Source: Candidatus Omnitrophota bacterium (GTDB taxonomy: Bacteria; Omnitrophota; Gorgyraeia; Zapsychrales; JANLHA01). From it: DNA of 64,000 nt. The DNA lies in NCBI GenBank assembly GCA_020632535.1, contig JACKFJ010000001.1, positions 26,890 to 90,889 of the forward strand, in the 5' to 3' direction. Position 1 is the stretch's first letter. Each line of letters opens with the position of its first letter. Below are positions 43,503 to 53,198 of this stretch, piece by piece. The position numbers and the translations under genes were made by a program. A model generated the notes under the pieces. It had not been told where the DNA came from and made no database searches. It saw nothing but the letters and a program-made list of their open reading frames with translations.

Positions 43503-44677
43503 TGCAAAGATCATTGCTGATTTGGAGCACTTCTTTTTTCCTTTTTATTGTTTTGATGTTTATGGGGCTGCGCATTGCGAGTCAAAAACCTCTTTGGAAC
43601 GATGAGATTTTTAGCCAAATATCCAGCGTTGAACAATTATCTTATCCTGAAATTGTATTAGGTCGTGTCGGAGAGGGGAATGCCACGCCATTGTTTTACT
43701 TAACACAGAAAGCTTTGTGTCAGACATTCAATTATTCTTCGCCGGTGGAATGGAAGAAGGGGACGAAGTTCTGGGATTTTGACCGACCGCGGGATCGAAT
43801 CATTTTGCGAATTGGCCCAGTTTTGGTGGTTGCTTTTGCGATAACGTTGATTTTTCTTTATTTTGCGCAGTATCATTCCTTCGGCGCCGCGTTTTTTTCG
43901 CTTTTTCTCGCTTTGTCATGCGAAATGCTTTTAAGATATTGGGCTGAAGCAAGGCCGTACGCGTTGTGGATGTCGTTGACAACAATGCAGATTTTATTAT
44001 TTCTGTGTTTTATTCAGACTAAGAAATTTGGAGTCAGAATTTTGCAGGGACTGGCGACGGTGCAAATTCTTTTATCGTGTACGGTTGTTTTAAGCCTGCC
44101 GCAGATTCTATTGGTTTCTTTTTTATTGTGGGTTTATGGGATGCGCAGTTGGAAATATTATCTTGTATTATTGGTATTGCCGGTCATCATCGGAATGATT
44201 TACTATGGTCTTTCTCCTCATTATCCCTTTGCGTTAATTTTTACCATTGAACAATATATTCGTGCCAATATTTCTCGAGATCGGTTTTACGTCGCGATAT
44301 TATTTATACTGTTATTGGCTTTTTATGGGGTTCAGGAAAGATTGAAACTTCGTCAAATATTAGATTCAGCCATTCTTAAGGGATTGCCGGCCTTAGGAAT
44401 ATTTTTAGGAGCAGTGGCTGGGGCTTGTGCAATTTTAGGGGCATTTATTATCAAGGCAGGACCGGTCATGCAATTTCCTGTAACGGAAAAGTATTTTATT
44501 TTTCTCGTCCCTGTCGGTATCATCTCGGTAACTGTGTTTACGGATGTTATCATTCGTGCTTTTAAAATGCAGGGATTAAAGTTTGTGATGATCATAATGA
44601 TTGCTGGTATGACGATACCGCGCGCGATTAAGGTTGTCGGAGAATTTCTTAATCAATATCCACAAATATTTTCTTGA
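43499..44677 (+). CDS. GT-C-fold membrane glycosyltransferase candidate (ArnT/PMT-like), paralog a
   Basis: About 11 TM helices. The first extracytoplasmic loop carries PLWNDEIFSQISS..LSY.EI......EGNATPLFYLTQK, an acidic DE motif placed as in ArnT/PMT. Clear paralog of the next gene. Confidence 0.55.
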   Translation: MMQRSLLIWSTSFFLFIVLMFMGLRIASQKPLWNDEIFSQISSVEQLSYPEIVLGRVGEGNATPLFYLTQKALCQTFNYSSPVEWKKGTKFWDFDRPRDRIILRIGPVLVVAFAITLIFLYFAQYHSFGAAFFSLFLALSCEMLLRYWAEARPYALWMSLTTMQILLFLCFIQTKKFGVRILQGLATVQILLSCTVVLSLPQILLVSFLLWVYGMRSWKYYLVLLVLPVIIGMIYYGLSPHYPFALIFTIEQYIRANISRDRFYVAILFILLLAFYGVQERLKLRQILDSAILKGLPALGIFLGAVAGACAILGAFIIKAGPVMQFPVTEKYFIFLVPVGIISVTVFTDVIIRAFKMQGLKFVMIIMIAGMTIPRAIKVVGEFLNQYPQIFS

Positions 44678-44686
44678 GGGAAGTGT

Positions 44687-45859
44687 ATGGTTATTTTGAA
44701 TAAACAAAAGTGGGGGATTTTTTATCAAACATTTGCCGTCTTTATTGTGGCATTATCTATTGGATGTTTTCTTTCGATACAGAAACCACTTGAGAATGAC
44801 GAACTATTTACTCACATAAGTTCGGTAGAGAATTTATCGTATACTCAGATTTTGACCGTTAAGATCGCTGAGGGCAATGTCAGCCCTTTGTTTTATTTAA
44901 CACAAAAGGGTTTTTTGGATTTAATTCAATTCCGGTTGCCATTTGTATGGAATGGAGATTGGTTTGTTAAGGATATTCCGTCACAGATTGCGTTGCGGTG
45001 TTTGGCGAATCTTTTTATTTCCCTATCAATTACATTAGTATTCTTTTTCTTCACTAGGCTTTATTCGATCTGGGCAGGAATTTATGGTGCATTGGTTTCG
45101 GTATCATCATTCATGATTTTGACATATTGGGTTGTAGCTAGGCCGTACGCTTTATGGAATTTTCTGACGACATTGCAGGTGCTTTTATTCTTGTACATAT
45201 TGCGGTGTAGTTGCTCCTCAAAAAAAGCTTGGTGGCTTTTGATTGTCACACATTTTTTATTGTCTTTGACTGTGACTTTTAGTGCTGTACAAATTGCGGC
45301 AGTCTCATTGATTTTATTATTCTGTAAGAATGAGCGTAGTATTTTACGTTATATTCTTTTAACAATTGTCCCGATCGCTCTTTGTTTGGTTTATTATTTT
45401 GCTGCGCCCAAGTATGCTTTTTTCTTTACGGATAGTCCGATGCAGTTGATTTGTGCCAGTTTTCCGAAGGAACGTTTAGCGCTTGTGTTTTTGTTTGGGA
45501 TCATGCTTTGTACGATGGCTTATCAGAATAATAAGGGGCGTATTATTTCGACATTAAAAGATCCTCGTGTTGCGTATTTTGCTTTTATTGGCATAATGTT
45601 TTTTCTGACGGCAGTGTTGTTAGGCATTTTTCTTCTTAAGGCGCAGGGAAAGAATGAGGGTTTTCCTTTGTCGAATCGATATTTTATTTACTTGACGCCG
45701 ATCGGTATTATTGCCGTGGTATTGTTTACGGCAGAAATGTGGCGAGCTTTAAAGGGAAAATTAGGCTTGCGCGTATTTTTATTGTTAACCGTGATATCGT
45801 TATTGGTTTTTCGTCTGTGGTGGTCGTGGAGTCTTGTGCGTAAGAGTTATGCTTTATAA
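44687..45859 (+). CDS. GT-C-fold membrane glycosyltransferase candidate, paralog b
   Basis: Same architecture, with the motif PLENDELFTHISSVENLSYTQIL....EGNVSPLFYLTQK and ARPYALW shared with paralog a. Confidence 0.55.
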   Translation: MVILNKQKWGIFYQTFAVFIVALSIGCFLSIQKPLENDELFTHISSVENLSYTQILTVKIAEGNVSPLFYLTQKGFLDLIQFRLPFVWNGDWFVKDIPSQIALRCLANLFISLSITLVFFFFTRLYSIWAGIYGALVSVSSFMILTYWVVARPYALWNFLTTLQVLLFLYILRCSCSSKKAWWLLIVTHFLLSLTVTFSAVQIAAVSLILLFCKNERSILRYILLTIVPIALCLVYYFAAPKYAFFFTDSPMQLICASFPKERLALVFLFGIMLCTMAYQNNKGRIISTLKDPRVAYFAFIGIMFFLTAVLLGIFLLKAQGKNEGFPLSNRYFIYLTPIGIIAVVLFTAEMWRALKGKLGLRVFLLLTVISLLVFRLWWSWSLVRKSYAL

Positions 45860-47277
45860 TAGCGTTGAACCAGATAAGCGATCCCGCAGAGAAAAAGCGG
45901 TGCAGTCGGCACGGAATATCGTGCGCCGAGGAGAAAAAGGGAATAGACCGCGGTATAAAATACAATGAGACTAAGAAGAAAGAATAGCGTGATGAATTGT
46001 CCATCATCCATTTTGCTGTCTGGACGATCATTTCGCCACAGCATCCTAATAATATAACAAATTCCCGTCAAAGAAAATCCTGCCATGACAAGTCGCAGGG
46101 CATTTTTAAATAATATTTGATCATAAATTGCTGTGAGCCATGGGGGATAAATGACAAAACCTAACTTTGTGCTTTCCCAAAAGAAAATTTTGAATCCTTC
46201 AAGCCCAGTAAAAAAAAGATATTGAATGGGTTTGGATTGAACTTTTTGTAGTGAGAGGCGTATCATTTCCTTGTCAATGGCTTCGCCCTGAATCCCTGAG
46301 TTTGTGACTTCCTGCAGTTTGCCCATACCAAAAGTGTCGGATGAGAATATTGACCAAAAATAACATTTTTCATTACCAAATAACATATTGCAAGCACCTT
46401 CACCCGGAATATAAGCCAAAGCTGTTAATAATCGTTCGCGTGTTAAGGGTTCTACTCGACGAGCCGCATAACCATATAAAGCCCAAGCTCCGCGGTTTGT
46501 TAACGTGTAAACGCCATTGGTGTGTTTATTGATGAATTTGTATGAGGAAAGTCCGGAGTAAAAGGTCAGCAAGCAGACAAAAATTAGTATTACGTATCTT
46601 TTGAGTAAATTTTTTGTTTTGTAAAATCGTTTCAACATAAACATAGAGCTTAAAATGATCAGAGGACCAGAAATTTCAAAAATGCCTTTCACAAACGTGA
46701 GAGTAAGAAGGATGATGCCAAGAATTAATCCCCACATCATGATTTTGTGGAGAGAGTATTTGTTTAGATTTATAAAGACATGGCTCATGATAAATATGGT
46801 CATAGGGATAAGCATGATGATGAGTATTTCTGAATATAGGCTTAAAGCACAGTTGATTAAAGCGGGAGAGATGCCGATATAAAGGATAACGAGCGCGGTT
46901 AATAGGGGTTTGATATTAATTCTTTGTAGGATTTTAAGCGTGAAAAATTGCGTCAGAAATAATAAGGCAAACTGTAAAACTGCGAGCATTTTAAGATAAT
47001 GAATGTGTAGCCCGTCAGCGAAAAACATTGAGATTGATATTAGAAGGGGATAAAGCGGTTCACGATTGGGCCCAGTTCTAAAAAATTCACCCCAGCCTTG
47101 ATGGTAGATCATATATCCAAGATTTTGATAATCTAAGGAATCCCATTTGATTTCGGTTTGACTCGTGCAAAGAAGATATATCCAGTAAATAAATGAAAAA
47201 CCGAAAGCGAATCGAAAATACCAAAGAGATGAGTTTTGCTCATGTGTGCGTGGTGGTGTGGGGGTATTTTTTTTCAT
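45847..47277 (-). CDS. GT39/PMT_2-like membrane glycosyltransferase (GT-C)
   Basis: Polytopic. The first loop (WDSLDYQNLGYMIYHQGWGEFF.TGPNREPLYPLLIS) matches the D..Y...A..L......R.PLYP pattern of family-39-like enzymes. Its 3' end overlaps the convergent gene by 13 nt. Confidence 0.6.
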   Translation of the reverse strand: MKKNTPTPPRTHEQNSSLWYFRFAFGFSFIYWIYLLCTSQTEIKWDSLDYQNLGYMIYHQGWGEFFRTGPNREPLYPLLISISMFFADGLHIHYLKMLAVLQFALLFLTQFFTLKILQRINIKPLLTALVILYIGISPALINCALSLYSEILIIMLIPMTIFIMSHVFINLNKYSLHKIMMWGLILGIILLTLTFVKGIFEISGPLIILSSMFMLKRFYKTKNLLKRYVILIFVCLLTFYSGLSSYKFINKHTNGVYTLTNRGAWALYGYAARRVEPLTRERLLTALAYIPGEGACNMLFGNEKCYFWSIFSSDTFGMGKLQEVTNSGIQGEAIDKEMIRLSLQKVQSKPIQYLFFTGLEGFKIFFWESTKLGFVIYPPWLTAIYDQILFKNALRLVMAGFSLTGICYIIRMLWRNDRPDSKMDDGQFITLFFLLSLIVFYTAVYSLFLLGARYSVPTAPLFLCGIAYLVQRYYKA

Positions 47278-47370
47278 ATGAGTAAATTGTGCTGCTAATC
47301 TTAACTGAAGTTTAGGCTAAAAACAATCTTTCTTAAGGGTTTTTGCTGATTTTAATGAAGGAATTATTCC

Positions 47371-47398
47371 TTGACACACCGCCGGCAAATTCTATAAT
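47371..47398 (+). promoter_or_regulatory. Consensus sigma70 promoter for the glycan cluster
   Basis: Perfect TTGACA (47371-47376), 16 nt, perfect TATAAT (47393-47398). This implies a ~125-nt leader before ATG 47532. Confidence 0.6.
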
Positions 47399-47531
47399 AA
47401 GGTCTTCGTGAATATGAAATGTGCCTGTGCTTTTAATTCACATGAACTTTGTTAAAGAATACAACTTGTTTATTTACAATATCTTGGAATTATTTCGGTT
47501 TTATAAACCAACATTTTCGCGGTAATACTCA

Positions 47532-48575
47532 ATGCTAAATGGTAAAAATATTCTGATTACAGGCGGGACCGGCTCTTTTGGTAAGAAAATGGTTCAAATT
47601 GTTCTGTCCCACTATAAACCTAAGAGTTTGGTCATTTTTAGTCGCGATGAACTCAAGCAATTTGAGATGGCTCAAATTTTTAGCCCCTTAAAATATCCGT
47701 GTCTTAAGTACGTTCTTGGTGATGTGCGTGATCGCGAACGTTTGACAAGAATTTTTAATGGTTTGGATTATGTGATTCACTCCGCCGCGTTAAAACAAGT
47801 GCCTGCCGCTGAATTAAATCCTGAAGAATATATCAAAACCAATGTACTTGGCGCGATGAATGTGATTGATGCCGCGTTAGACAATGGTGTTAAAAAAGTC
47901 ATTGCTTTGTCGACGGATAAAGCCGCGAATCCTATTAATTTATATGGTGCAACAAAGTTGTGTTCTGACAAGCTTTTTGTGGCTGCAAATGTGCACAGCG
48001 CAATTGAAGGGACCAAGTTCGCTGTTGTCCGTTATGGCAATGTTTTGGGCAGTCGTGGTTCGGTTATTCCATTTTTTAAGGAACGCGCCGCAACTGGTGT
48101 GTTGCCAATCACCGATGAAAGAATGACACGTTTTTGGATTACATTGGATCAAGCGGTTCATTTTGTTATCAATTCGCTGGAAACATCTAAAGGTGGCGAA
48201 ATTTTTGTTCCGCGTATTCCGTCAATGCGCATCACGGATTTGGCTAAGGCGATTGCGCCGCAGTGTAAATTAGAATTTGTTGGAATCCGTGCTGGTGAAA
48301 AATTGCACGAGACTTTGATCAGCGAGGACGAAGCTCGCAATTCTGTTGAGTTTAAACAGTGCTATATTATTCAGCCCGATTCGGTAAGACGAGAGAAGCT
48401 TTTGGGAAACTCTAAAAAAGGTGGCGGAACCATATGCGAAGAAAGTTTCCGCTATACCAGCGACGGGAATCAAGATTGGCTGACAGTCAAGCAATTGCGC
48501 GCGTTGACAGAAAAAATTCACAAGGATTATGAAATTGAAGATTCGCGCTGGTCAATGAATGATATTCCTCGATAA
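47532..48575 (+). CDS. UDP-GlcNAc 4,6-dehydratase (PseB/FlaA1 - CapE/FnlA family)
   Basis: ILITGGTGSFGKKMV Rossmann motif, SRDE.KQ, STDKA and YGATK catalytic motifs. ~347 aa. Confidence 0.8.
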   Translation: MLNGKNILITGGTGSFGKKMVQIVLSHYKPKSLVIFSRDELKQFEMAQIFSPLKYPCLKYVLGDVRDRERLTRIFNGLDYVIHSAALKQVPAAELNPEEYIKTNVLGAMNVIDAALDNGVKKVIALSTDKAANPINLYGATKLCSDKLFVAANVHSAIEGTKFAVVRYGNVLGSRGSVIPFFKERAATGVLPITDERMTRFWITLDQAVHFVINSLETSKGGEIFVPRIPSMRITDLAKAIAPQCKLEFVGIRAGEKLHETLISEDEARNSVEFKQCYIIQPDSVRREKLLGNSKKGGGTICEESFRYTSDGNQDWLTVKQLRALTEKIHKDYEIEDSRWSMNDIPR

Positions 48576-48577
48576 GA

Positions 48578-49486
48578 ATGAAAAAGATTTTAATTACCGG
48601 TGTCAGTGGATTATTGGGAAGTAATTTGGCGTATTGTTGGCGCAAACGGTATGATATTTTTGGCATTTATAATCAGCATCCTTGGATTTTTGATGGGATT
48701 AGAACGAAACAGGCGGACTTGGCTGATCCGCAAGCGGTAAAAGCTCTTTTAAAAGACTTTAAACCAGATGTGATTATTCACGCGGCTGCTTCGGTTGATG
48801 TTGATCGCTGTGAAGAAGACCCGCAATGGGCTTGGCGCGGCAATGTGATGATGACGAAATGTCTTGTGGATGCCGTGGATTCACAGACAAAATTTGTTTA
48901 TATTTCGACGGACTTAGTTTATGACGGTCAGCGTGGCGGTTATGTGGAGACAGATCCGGTTAATTTGATCAATGTCTATGCCACTACCAAATTCGCGGGT
49001 GAACAGGCTGTTGTGCCGCTGCCAAATGCTTTGATTGTGCGAACAAATATTTTTGGTTGGAATGTGCAGGATAAAACGTGTTTCGCAGAGCGAGTAATTA
49101 AAGAAGCTAAGACTAAGACGATTAACGGATTTACAGATTCATTCTTTAGTTCTTTATATACATTTGATTTGGCAGAGTTGTTGAGTGCCGCTTTGGAAAA
49201 GGATTTAAAAGGTATTTATCATTTTGCAAGTTCAACGGCTGTGAGTCGCTATGATTTCGCGGATTCTTTGGCGCAAAAGTTAGGTTATGCTAGTGGTTTG
49301 ATTCATGCTTCGTCGATGAATGGTTTTCCGTTTAAAGCCCGACGATCACCAAATCTTTCATTGAATATTGATAAATTACAGCAAGCCTTGGGGAGTAAAA
49401 TTGTAACCATAGAGAATAGTATTGATCATTATGTGGCTGATTATAAAAATGGAGTCGTTTTAAAATTAAAAGGAGAAGTGGTGTGA
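48578..49486 (+). CDS. NAD(P)-dependent sugar-nucleotide reductase/epimerase (RmlD-like)
   Basis: ILITGVSGLLGSNL, STDLVYDG and YATTKFAGE motifs. ~300 aa, as for dTDP-4-dehydrorhamnose reductase-like enzymes. Confidence 0.7.
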   Translation: MKKILITGVSGLLGSNLAYCWRKRYDIFGIYNQHPWIFDGIRTKQADLADPQAVKALLKDFKPDVIIHAAASVDVDRCEEDPQWAWRGNVMMTKCLVDAVDSQTKFVYISTDLVYDGQRGGYVETDPVNLINVYATTKFAGEQAVVPLPNALIVRTNIFGWNVQDKTCFAERVIKEAKTKTINGFTDSFFSSLYTFDLAELLSAALEKDLKGIYHFASSTAVSRYDFADSLAQKLGYASGLIHASSMNGFPFKARRSPNLSLNIDKLQQALGSKIVTIENSIDHYVADYKNGVVLKLKGEVV

Positions 49487-50610
49487 TCGATATCCCATGG
49501 TCAAAGTTTTATTATGATGAGGATGAAAAGAATCAGGTTTTGGAGGTTTTTGAAACTGGTTGGTTTTCATCAGGACCCAAAGTTGAAGAATTTGAAAAGC
49601 GTATGGCGGATTATGTTGGTGTCAAATATGCCGTTGCAGTTAGTACGGGTACGGCCGCTTTGGATATCGCGCTTAAAATAGTCGGTGTCAAGCGTGATGA
49701 CGAGGTGATTATTCCGGCAATGACATATATTGCGACGGCGAATGCGGTTTGTTATCAAGATGCCACACCGGTTTTTGCCGATATTGATCCCAAAACATTT
49801 ACGATTGATCCCAATGTGATTGAAAAATTGATCACGGCAAAAACGCGCTGCATTATTCCCGTTGATTACGCTGGGCATGCAGCAGATTATGATCGGATTA
49901 ACGCAATTGCGCGGAAATATAAACTCGCGGTAGTCGAAGATGGTGCGCCGGGATTGTGTGGTTCGTACAAGGGTAAGAAATTGTGTTCATTCGGTGATAT
50001 GGCGATTACGAGTTTTCACGTTGCCAAAATCTTTTCGACCATTGAAGGCGGCATGCTTTTTACAAATAATGAAGATTATTATAAAAAAGCTCGTATTATT
50101 CGTTGGCAGGGGGAAGATCCTAAGAAAAAATATTATCATCCTCTTATAGGATTTAATTATCGGATGACCGATCTTCACGCAGCGATCGGATTGGCGCAAA
50201 CATCACCTAAACGTGTTGCTGCGGTTTTAGAATCTCGTCGGAGTGGCGCGGAATATTATTTTAAGCGTTTGGAGGGGGTTTCGGGAATTACCTTGCCTTA
50301 TGTTTCTGCGGATTGTATTCACCCATGGTTTTTATTCCCGACACTTGTGGCTAATCGTGATCAAATTCAGCAATTTCTACTTGAAAAGGGGATAAAGGCT
50401 AATGTCTCTTGGCCGCTTCCAGTTTATAAACAGGAAGCTTATGAAAAATATCAACACTATGTCTGTCCAGTTACAGAAAGAATAACTTCGTCAGTCTTAT
50501 GTTTGCCGCTTTTTTTCAAAATTACGCGTGAAGATCAGGACCATGTTATTGATGCGCTTCTCGCGGCTTTAGAAAAGTTTAGCGGTTTGCAAACTCAAAA
50601 AATTTCATAA
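49483..50610 (+). CDS. DegT/DnrJ/EryC1/StrS-family PLP-dependent sugar aminotransferase (PseC-like)
   Basis: Typical length and motifs (FEKRMADYVGVKYAVAVSTGTAALDIAL; SFHVAKIFSTIEGG with the PLP lysine). Confidence 0.8.
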   Translation: MIDIPWSKFYYDEDEKNQVLEVFETGWFSSGPKVEEFEKRMADYVGVKYAVAVSTGTAALDIALKIVGVKRDDEVIIPAMTYIATANAVCYQDATPVFADIDPKTFTIDPNVIEKLITAKTRCIIPVDYAGHAADYDRINAIARKYKLAVVEDGAPGLCGSYKGKKLCSFGDMAITSFHVAKIFSTIEGGMLFTNNEDYYKKARIIRWQGEDPKKKYYHPLIGFNYRMTDLHAAIGLAQTSPKRVAAVLESRRSGAEYYFKRLEGVSGITLPYVSADCIHPWFLFPTLVANRDQIQQFLLEKGIKANVSWPLPVYKQEAYEKYQHYVCPVTERITSSVLCLPLFFKITREDQDHVIDALLAALEKFSGLQTQKIS

Positions 50611-50625
50611 GGCATTTTAAAAATC

Positions 50626-51684
50626 ATGGCGTTCTCAAAGTCAGTTCAAGTCGGCCCATTTACAATTGGCCAAGGACATCCTGTTTTTATTATCGCGGAG
50701 GCGGGTGTTAATCATAACGGCGATATTAAGATGGCTAAGCGTCTTATCGACGCTGCCAAAGCCGCGGGTGCCGATTCAGTTAAATTCCAAACGTTTAAAG
50801 CTGAAAATCTCAATACGCGTGCCGCACCAAAATCCACCTATCATGTTGAAACCACAGGAAAGAAGGGATCATGGTTTGACCTTCTAAAAACGCAGGAACT
50901 TGATCGCAAAGCCCACCAAATTTTAATTGAATATTGCCGTAAAAAGAAAATCTTATTCTTGTCGACACCATATGATGAAGAGAGCGCGGACCTTTTGGAT
51001 GAACTTGGTGTCGCGGCTTTCAAAATTGCCTCGACGGATGCTAATAATATTCCATTACTCAAACATTTAGCTAAAAAGAAAAAGCCGATTTTATTGTCAA
51101 CTGCCATGTGCACGCTTGTTGAAGTCCGTGAAAGTGTGCAAGCGATTGCCAAAGCCGGTTGTCACGAGCTCGTGCTTTTTCACTGTACTGCGAATTATCC
51201 GACGCAATTAGCTGATTGTAATTTACGCGCGATGGCGACATTGGCACAAAAATTTGGTGTGCCGGTTGGATATTCGGATCATGTCCCTAATGTCTTTGTT
51301 CCCGTCGCGGCCGTCGCGCTTGGCGCATTGTCATATGAAAAGCATTTTACGTTAGATCGGAATTTGCCCGGGCCGGATCATCGCGCGTCATTGGAACCGC
51401 AAGAATTAGCCGCAATGGTTCAGTCGATTCGTCAGGCTGAAGTGTTGTTGGGCAATGCAAAGAAAAAGTCTTTAGCATGCGAAATCGAAAATCGGATTAA
51501 ACTGCGCAAAAGTCTTGTTGCTCGACGGGATATTCAGAAAGGTGAACGGATAAGTGTAGAGAATCTGTGTGTCAAGAGACCAGCAAAGGGTTTGGATCCA
51601 ATTTATTTTGAAAAGATGCTTGGCCGGCGCGTGAAACGTGATATTCGTGCAGATGATTTTATTTTCGCGAAGGATGTGATGTAA
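50626..51684 (+). CDS. Nonulosonic acid synthase (NeuB/PseI/LegI family) with a C-terminal SAF domain
   Basis: PVFIIAEAGVNHNGDIKMAKRLIDAAKAAGADSVKFQTF, IASTD, YSDH, and the SAF-like tail (RDIQKGERISVENLCVKRP). Confidence 0.85.
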   Translation: MAFSKSVQVGPFTIGQGHPVFIIAEAGVNHNGDIKMAKRLIDAAKAAGADSVKFQTFKAENLNTRAAPKSTYHVETTGKKGSWFDLLKTQELDRKAHQILIEYCRKKKILFLSTPYDEESADLLDELGVAAFKIASTDANNIPLLKHLAKKKKPILLSTAMCTLVEVRESVQAIAKAGCHELVLFHCTANYPTQLADCNLRAMATLAQKFGVPVGYSDHVPNVFVPVAAVALGALSYEKHFTLDRNLPGPDHRASLEPQELAAMVQSIRQAEVLLGNAKKKSLACEIENRIKLRKSLVARRDIQKGERISVENLCVKRPAKGLDPIYFEKMLGRRVKRDIRADDFIFAKDVM

Positions 51685-52325
51685 TGGCAAAATTAAAGAC
51701 GGTGATCTTTGGCGCGGGTGGGTTTGGGCGTGAAGTGTTACCGTTTGCGCGTTTGAATAAAAAGTTAGCGGTTATTCGTTTCGTGGATATTAAACCACAG
51801 GCCGATAAGATTGATGGTATTCCGGTTATGGAGGAAAAAGATTTTTGGGCGAAATATAAAAAGTTAGGGGTTAAAGTTGTTGTGGTTGCTGTCGGAGAGC
51901 CGCAAATTCGTGAAAAGATCTTTCGAGATGCTCGTAAAGCAAAGTTGCAATTGCCTTCGATCATTCACCCTAGCGCGGTTTTGGCAGAAGACTTTGTTTG
52001 CGGCGAGGGTACGATTATTTATCCTCTGGTTACGGTGCAAATACGTGGTCGTGTTGGAGAGGGTGTGCTTTTGAATGCCGGCTGTACTTTGGGGCATGAC
52101 ACAATCATTGAGAATTTTGTGAACATCAATCCCGGTGTTAATATTGCCGGCAATGTTCGTATTCATAAATTTGCATATTTGGGGATTGGCAGTACAGTTG
52201 TCGAAAAAATTACCATTGGTGAAAATACGACCATTGGTGCGGGCGCGGTTGTGATTGATCATATGCCCGCGCACGTTATTTCCGTCGGTATTCCAGCAAA
52301 AATTATTCGTAATCTCAAAAGTTAG
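51684..52325 (+). CDS. NeuD/PglD-family hexapeptide-repeat sugar N-acetyltransferase
   Basis: N-terminal Rossmann-like GAGGFGREV, a left-handed beta-helix repeat region, and C-terminal ...VGIPAKIIR. Confidence 0.75.
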   Translation: MAKLKTVIFGAGGFGREVLPFARLNKKLAVIRFVDIKPQADKIDGIPVMEEKDFWAKYKKLGVKVVVVAVGEPQIREKIFRDARKAKLQLPSIIHPSAVLAEDFVCGEGTIIYPLVTVQIRGRVGEGVLLNAGCTLGHDTIIENFVNINPGVNIAGNVRIHKFAYLGIGSTVVEKITIGENTTIGAGAVVIDHMPAHVISVGIPAKIIRNLKS

Positions 52326-52333
52326 GATTTATT

Positions 52334-53194
52334 ATGCCCGCATTTGTTTCAACATCAGTTTTTGCAAACGGTACGTCTGTGGAGACGGCCATTGAATCGC
52401 TTTTAGACTTGGATATTCATAATATTGAATTGAGTTCGGTTCATGCTTATGAAGAGAATATTCTTGTCACGGTCGCGCATTATGACGCGCATTTCTTGAC
52501 TCATAATTTTTTCCCACCGGCTAAGGAGCGGTTAGTTCTTAATATCGCTTCGGGGGATGAGAAAATCCGTAAGCAGAGTGTGACGTTTATTAAAGAAGGA
52601 ATTGATTTTGCGGAAAAGATGGACATTCCTCTTTACACGATTCACCCGGGATTTGCCGCTGATCCAATTGGTGAAAGCAGTACAAAGGACAATTATGATT
52701 TTCAATTTGCGCAAAATGTTGTGGGGGAACACAAATCCGCCTTTGAGCGTTTTTTAAACAGCATGTATGAAATTGAGAAATATCTAGAGAATAAAGAGAC
52801 CAAAATTGCCGTCGAGACGCAAGGCGCGGTGGATAAGAAAGATTTGGTTCTGCTTGCGCGTCCACAAGAACTCGCGAAATTTTTGACAACGGTGCGAAGT
52901 AAAAAAATTGGTTTGAATTTGAATTTGGGTCATTTGAATTTAGCGGCAAACGCTTGGGGTTTTGATCGTCAAGAATTTGTGGATCAAGCCAAGGAAAATA
53001 TTTTTGCAGTGGAAGTCACTCACAATGAGGGTGTCAATGATGAGCATAAACCTTTGAAGGCCGGGAGCTGGTACATGAGCGTTTTAAAAGACGAAATTTT
53101 TAAAACAGTCCCGGTGATTTTTGAGGGTCGCTTTACAACAGAGAACGATATTATGGATTCTTATAATTTGCTCGCTGCTGTTGTTGGGGAATAA
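52334..53194 (+). CDS. Xylose-isomerase-like TIM-barrel protein (sugar isomerase/epimerase superfamily)
   Basis: Pattern ...IELSS.H...; ...YTIHPGF...; ...IAVETQ...; ...LNLGHLNL... fits the AP-endonuclease-2/TIM family. Specific function unknown. Confidence 0.5.
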   Translation: MPAFVSTSVFANGTSVETAIESLLDLDIHNIELSSVHAYEENILVTVAHYDAHFLTHNFFPPAKERLVLNIASGDEKIRKQSVTFIKEGIDFAEKMDIPLYTIHPGFAADPIGESSTKDNYDFQFAQNVVGEHKSAFERFLNSMYEIEKYLENKETKIAVETQGAVDKKDLVLLARPQELAKFLTTVRSKKIGLNLNLGHLNLAANAWGFDRQEFVDQAKENIFAVEVTHNEGVNDEHKPLKAGSWYMSVLKDEIFKTVPVIFEGRFTTENDIMDSYNLLAAVVGE

Positions 53195-53198
53195 CGTT

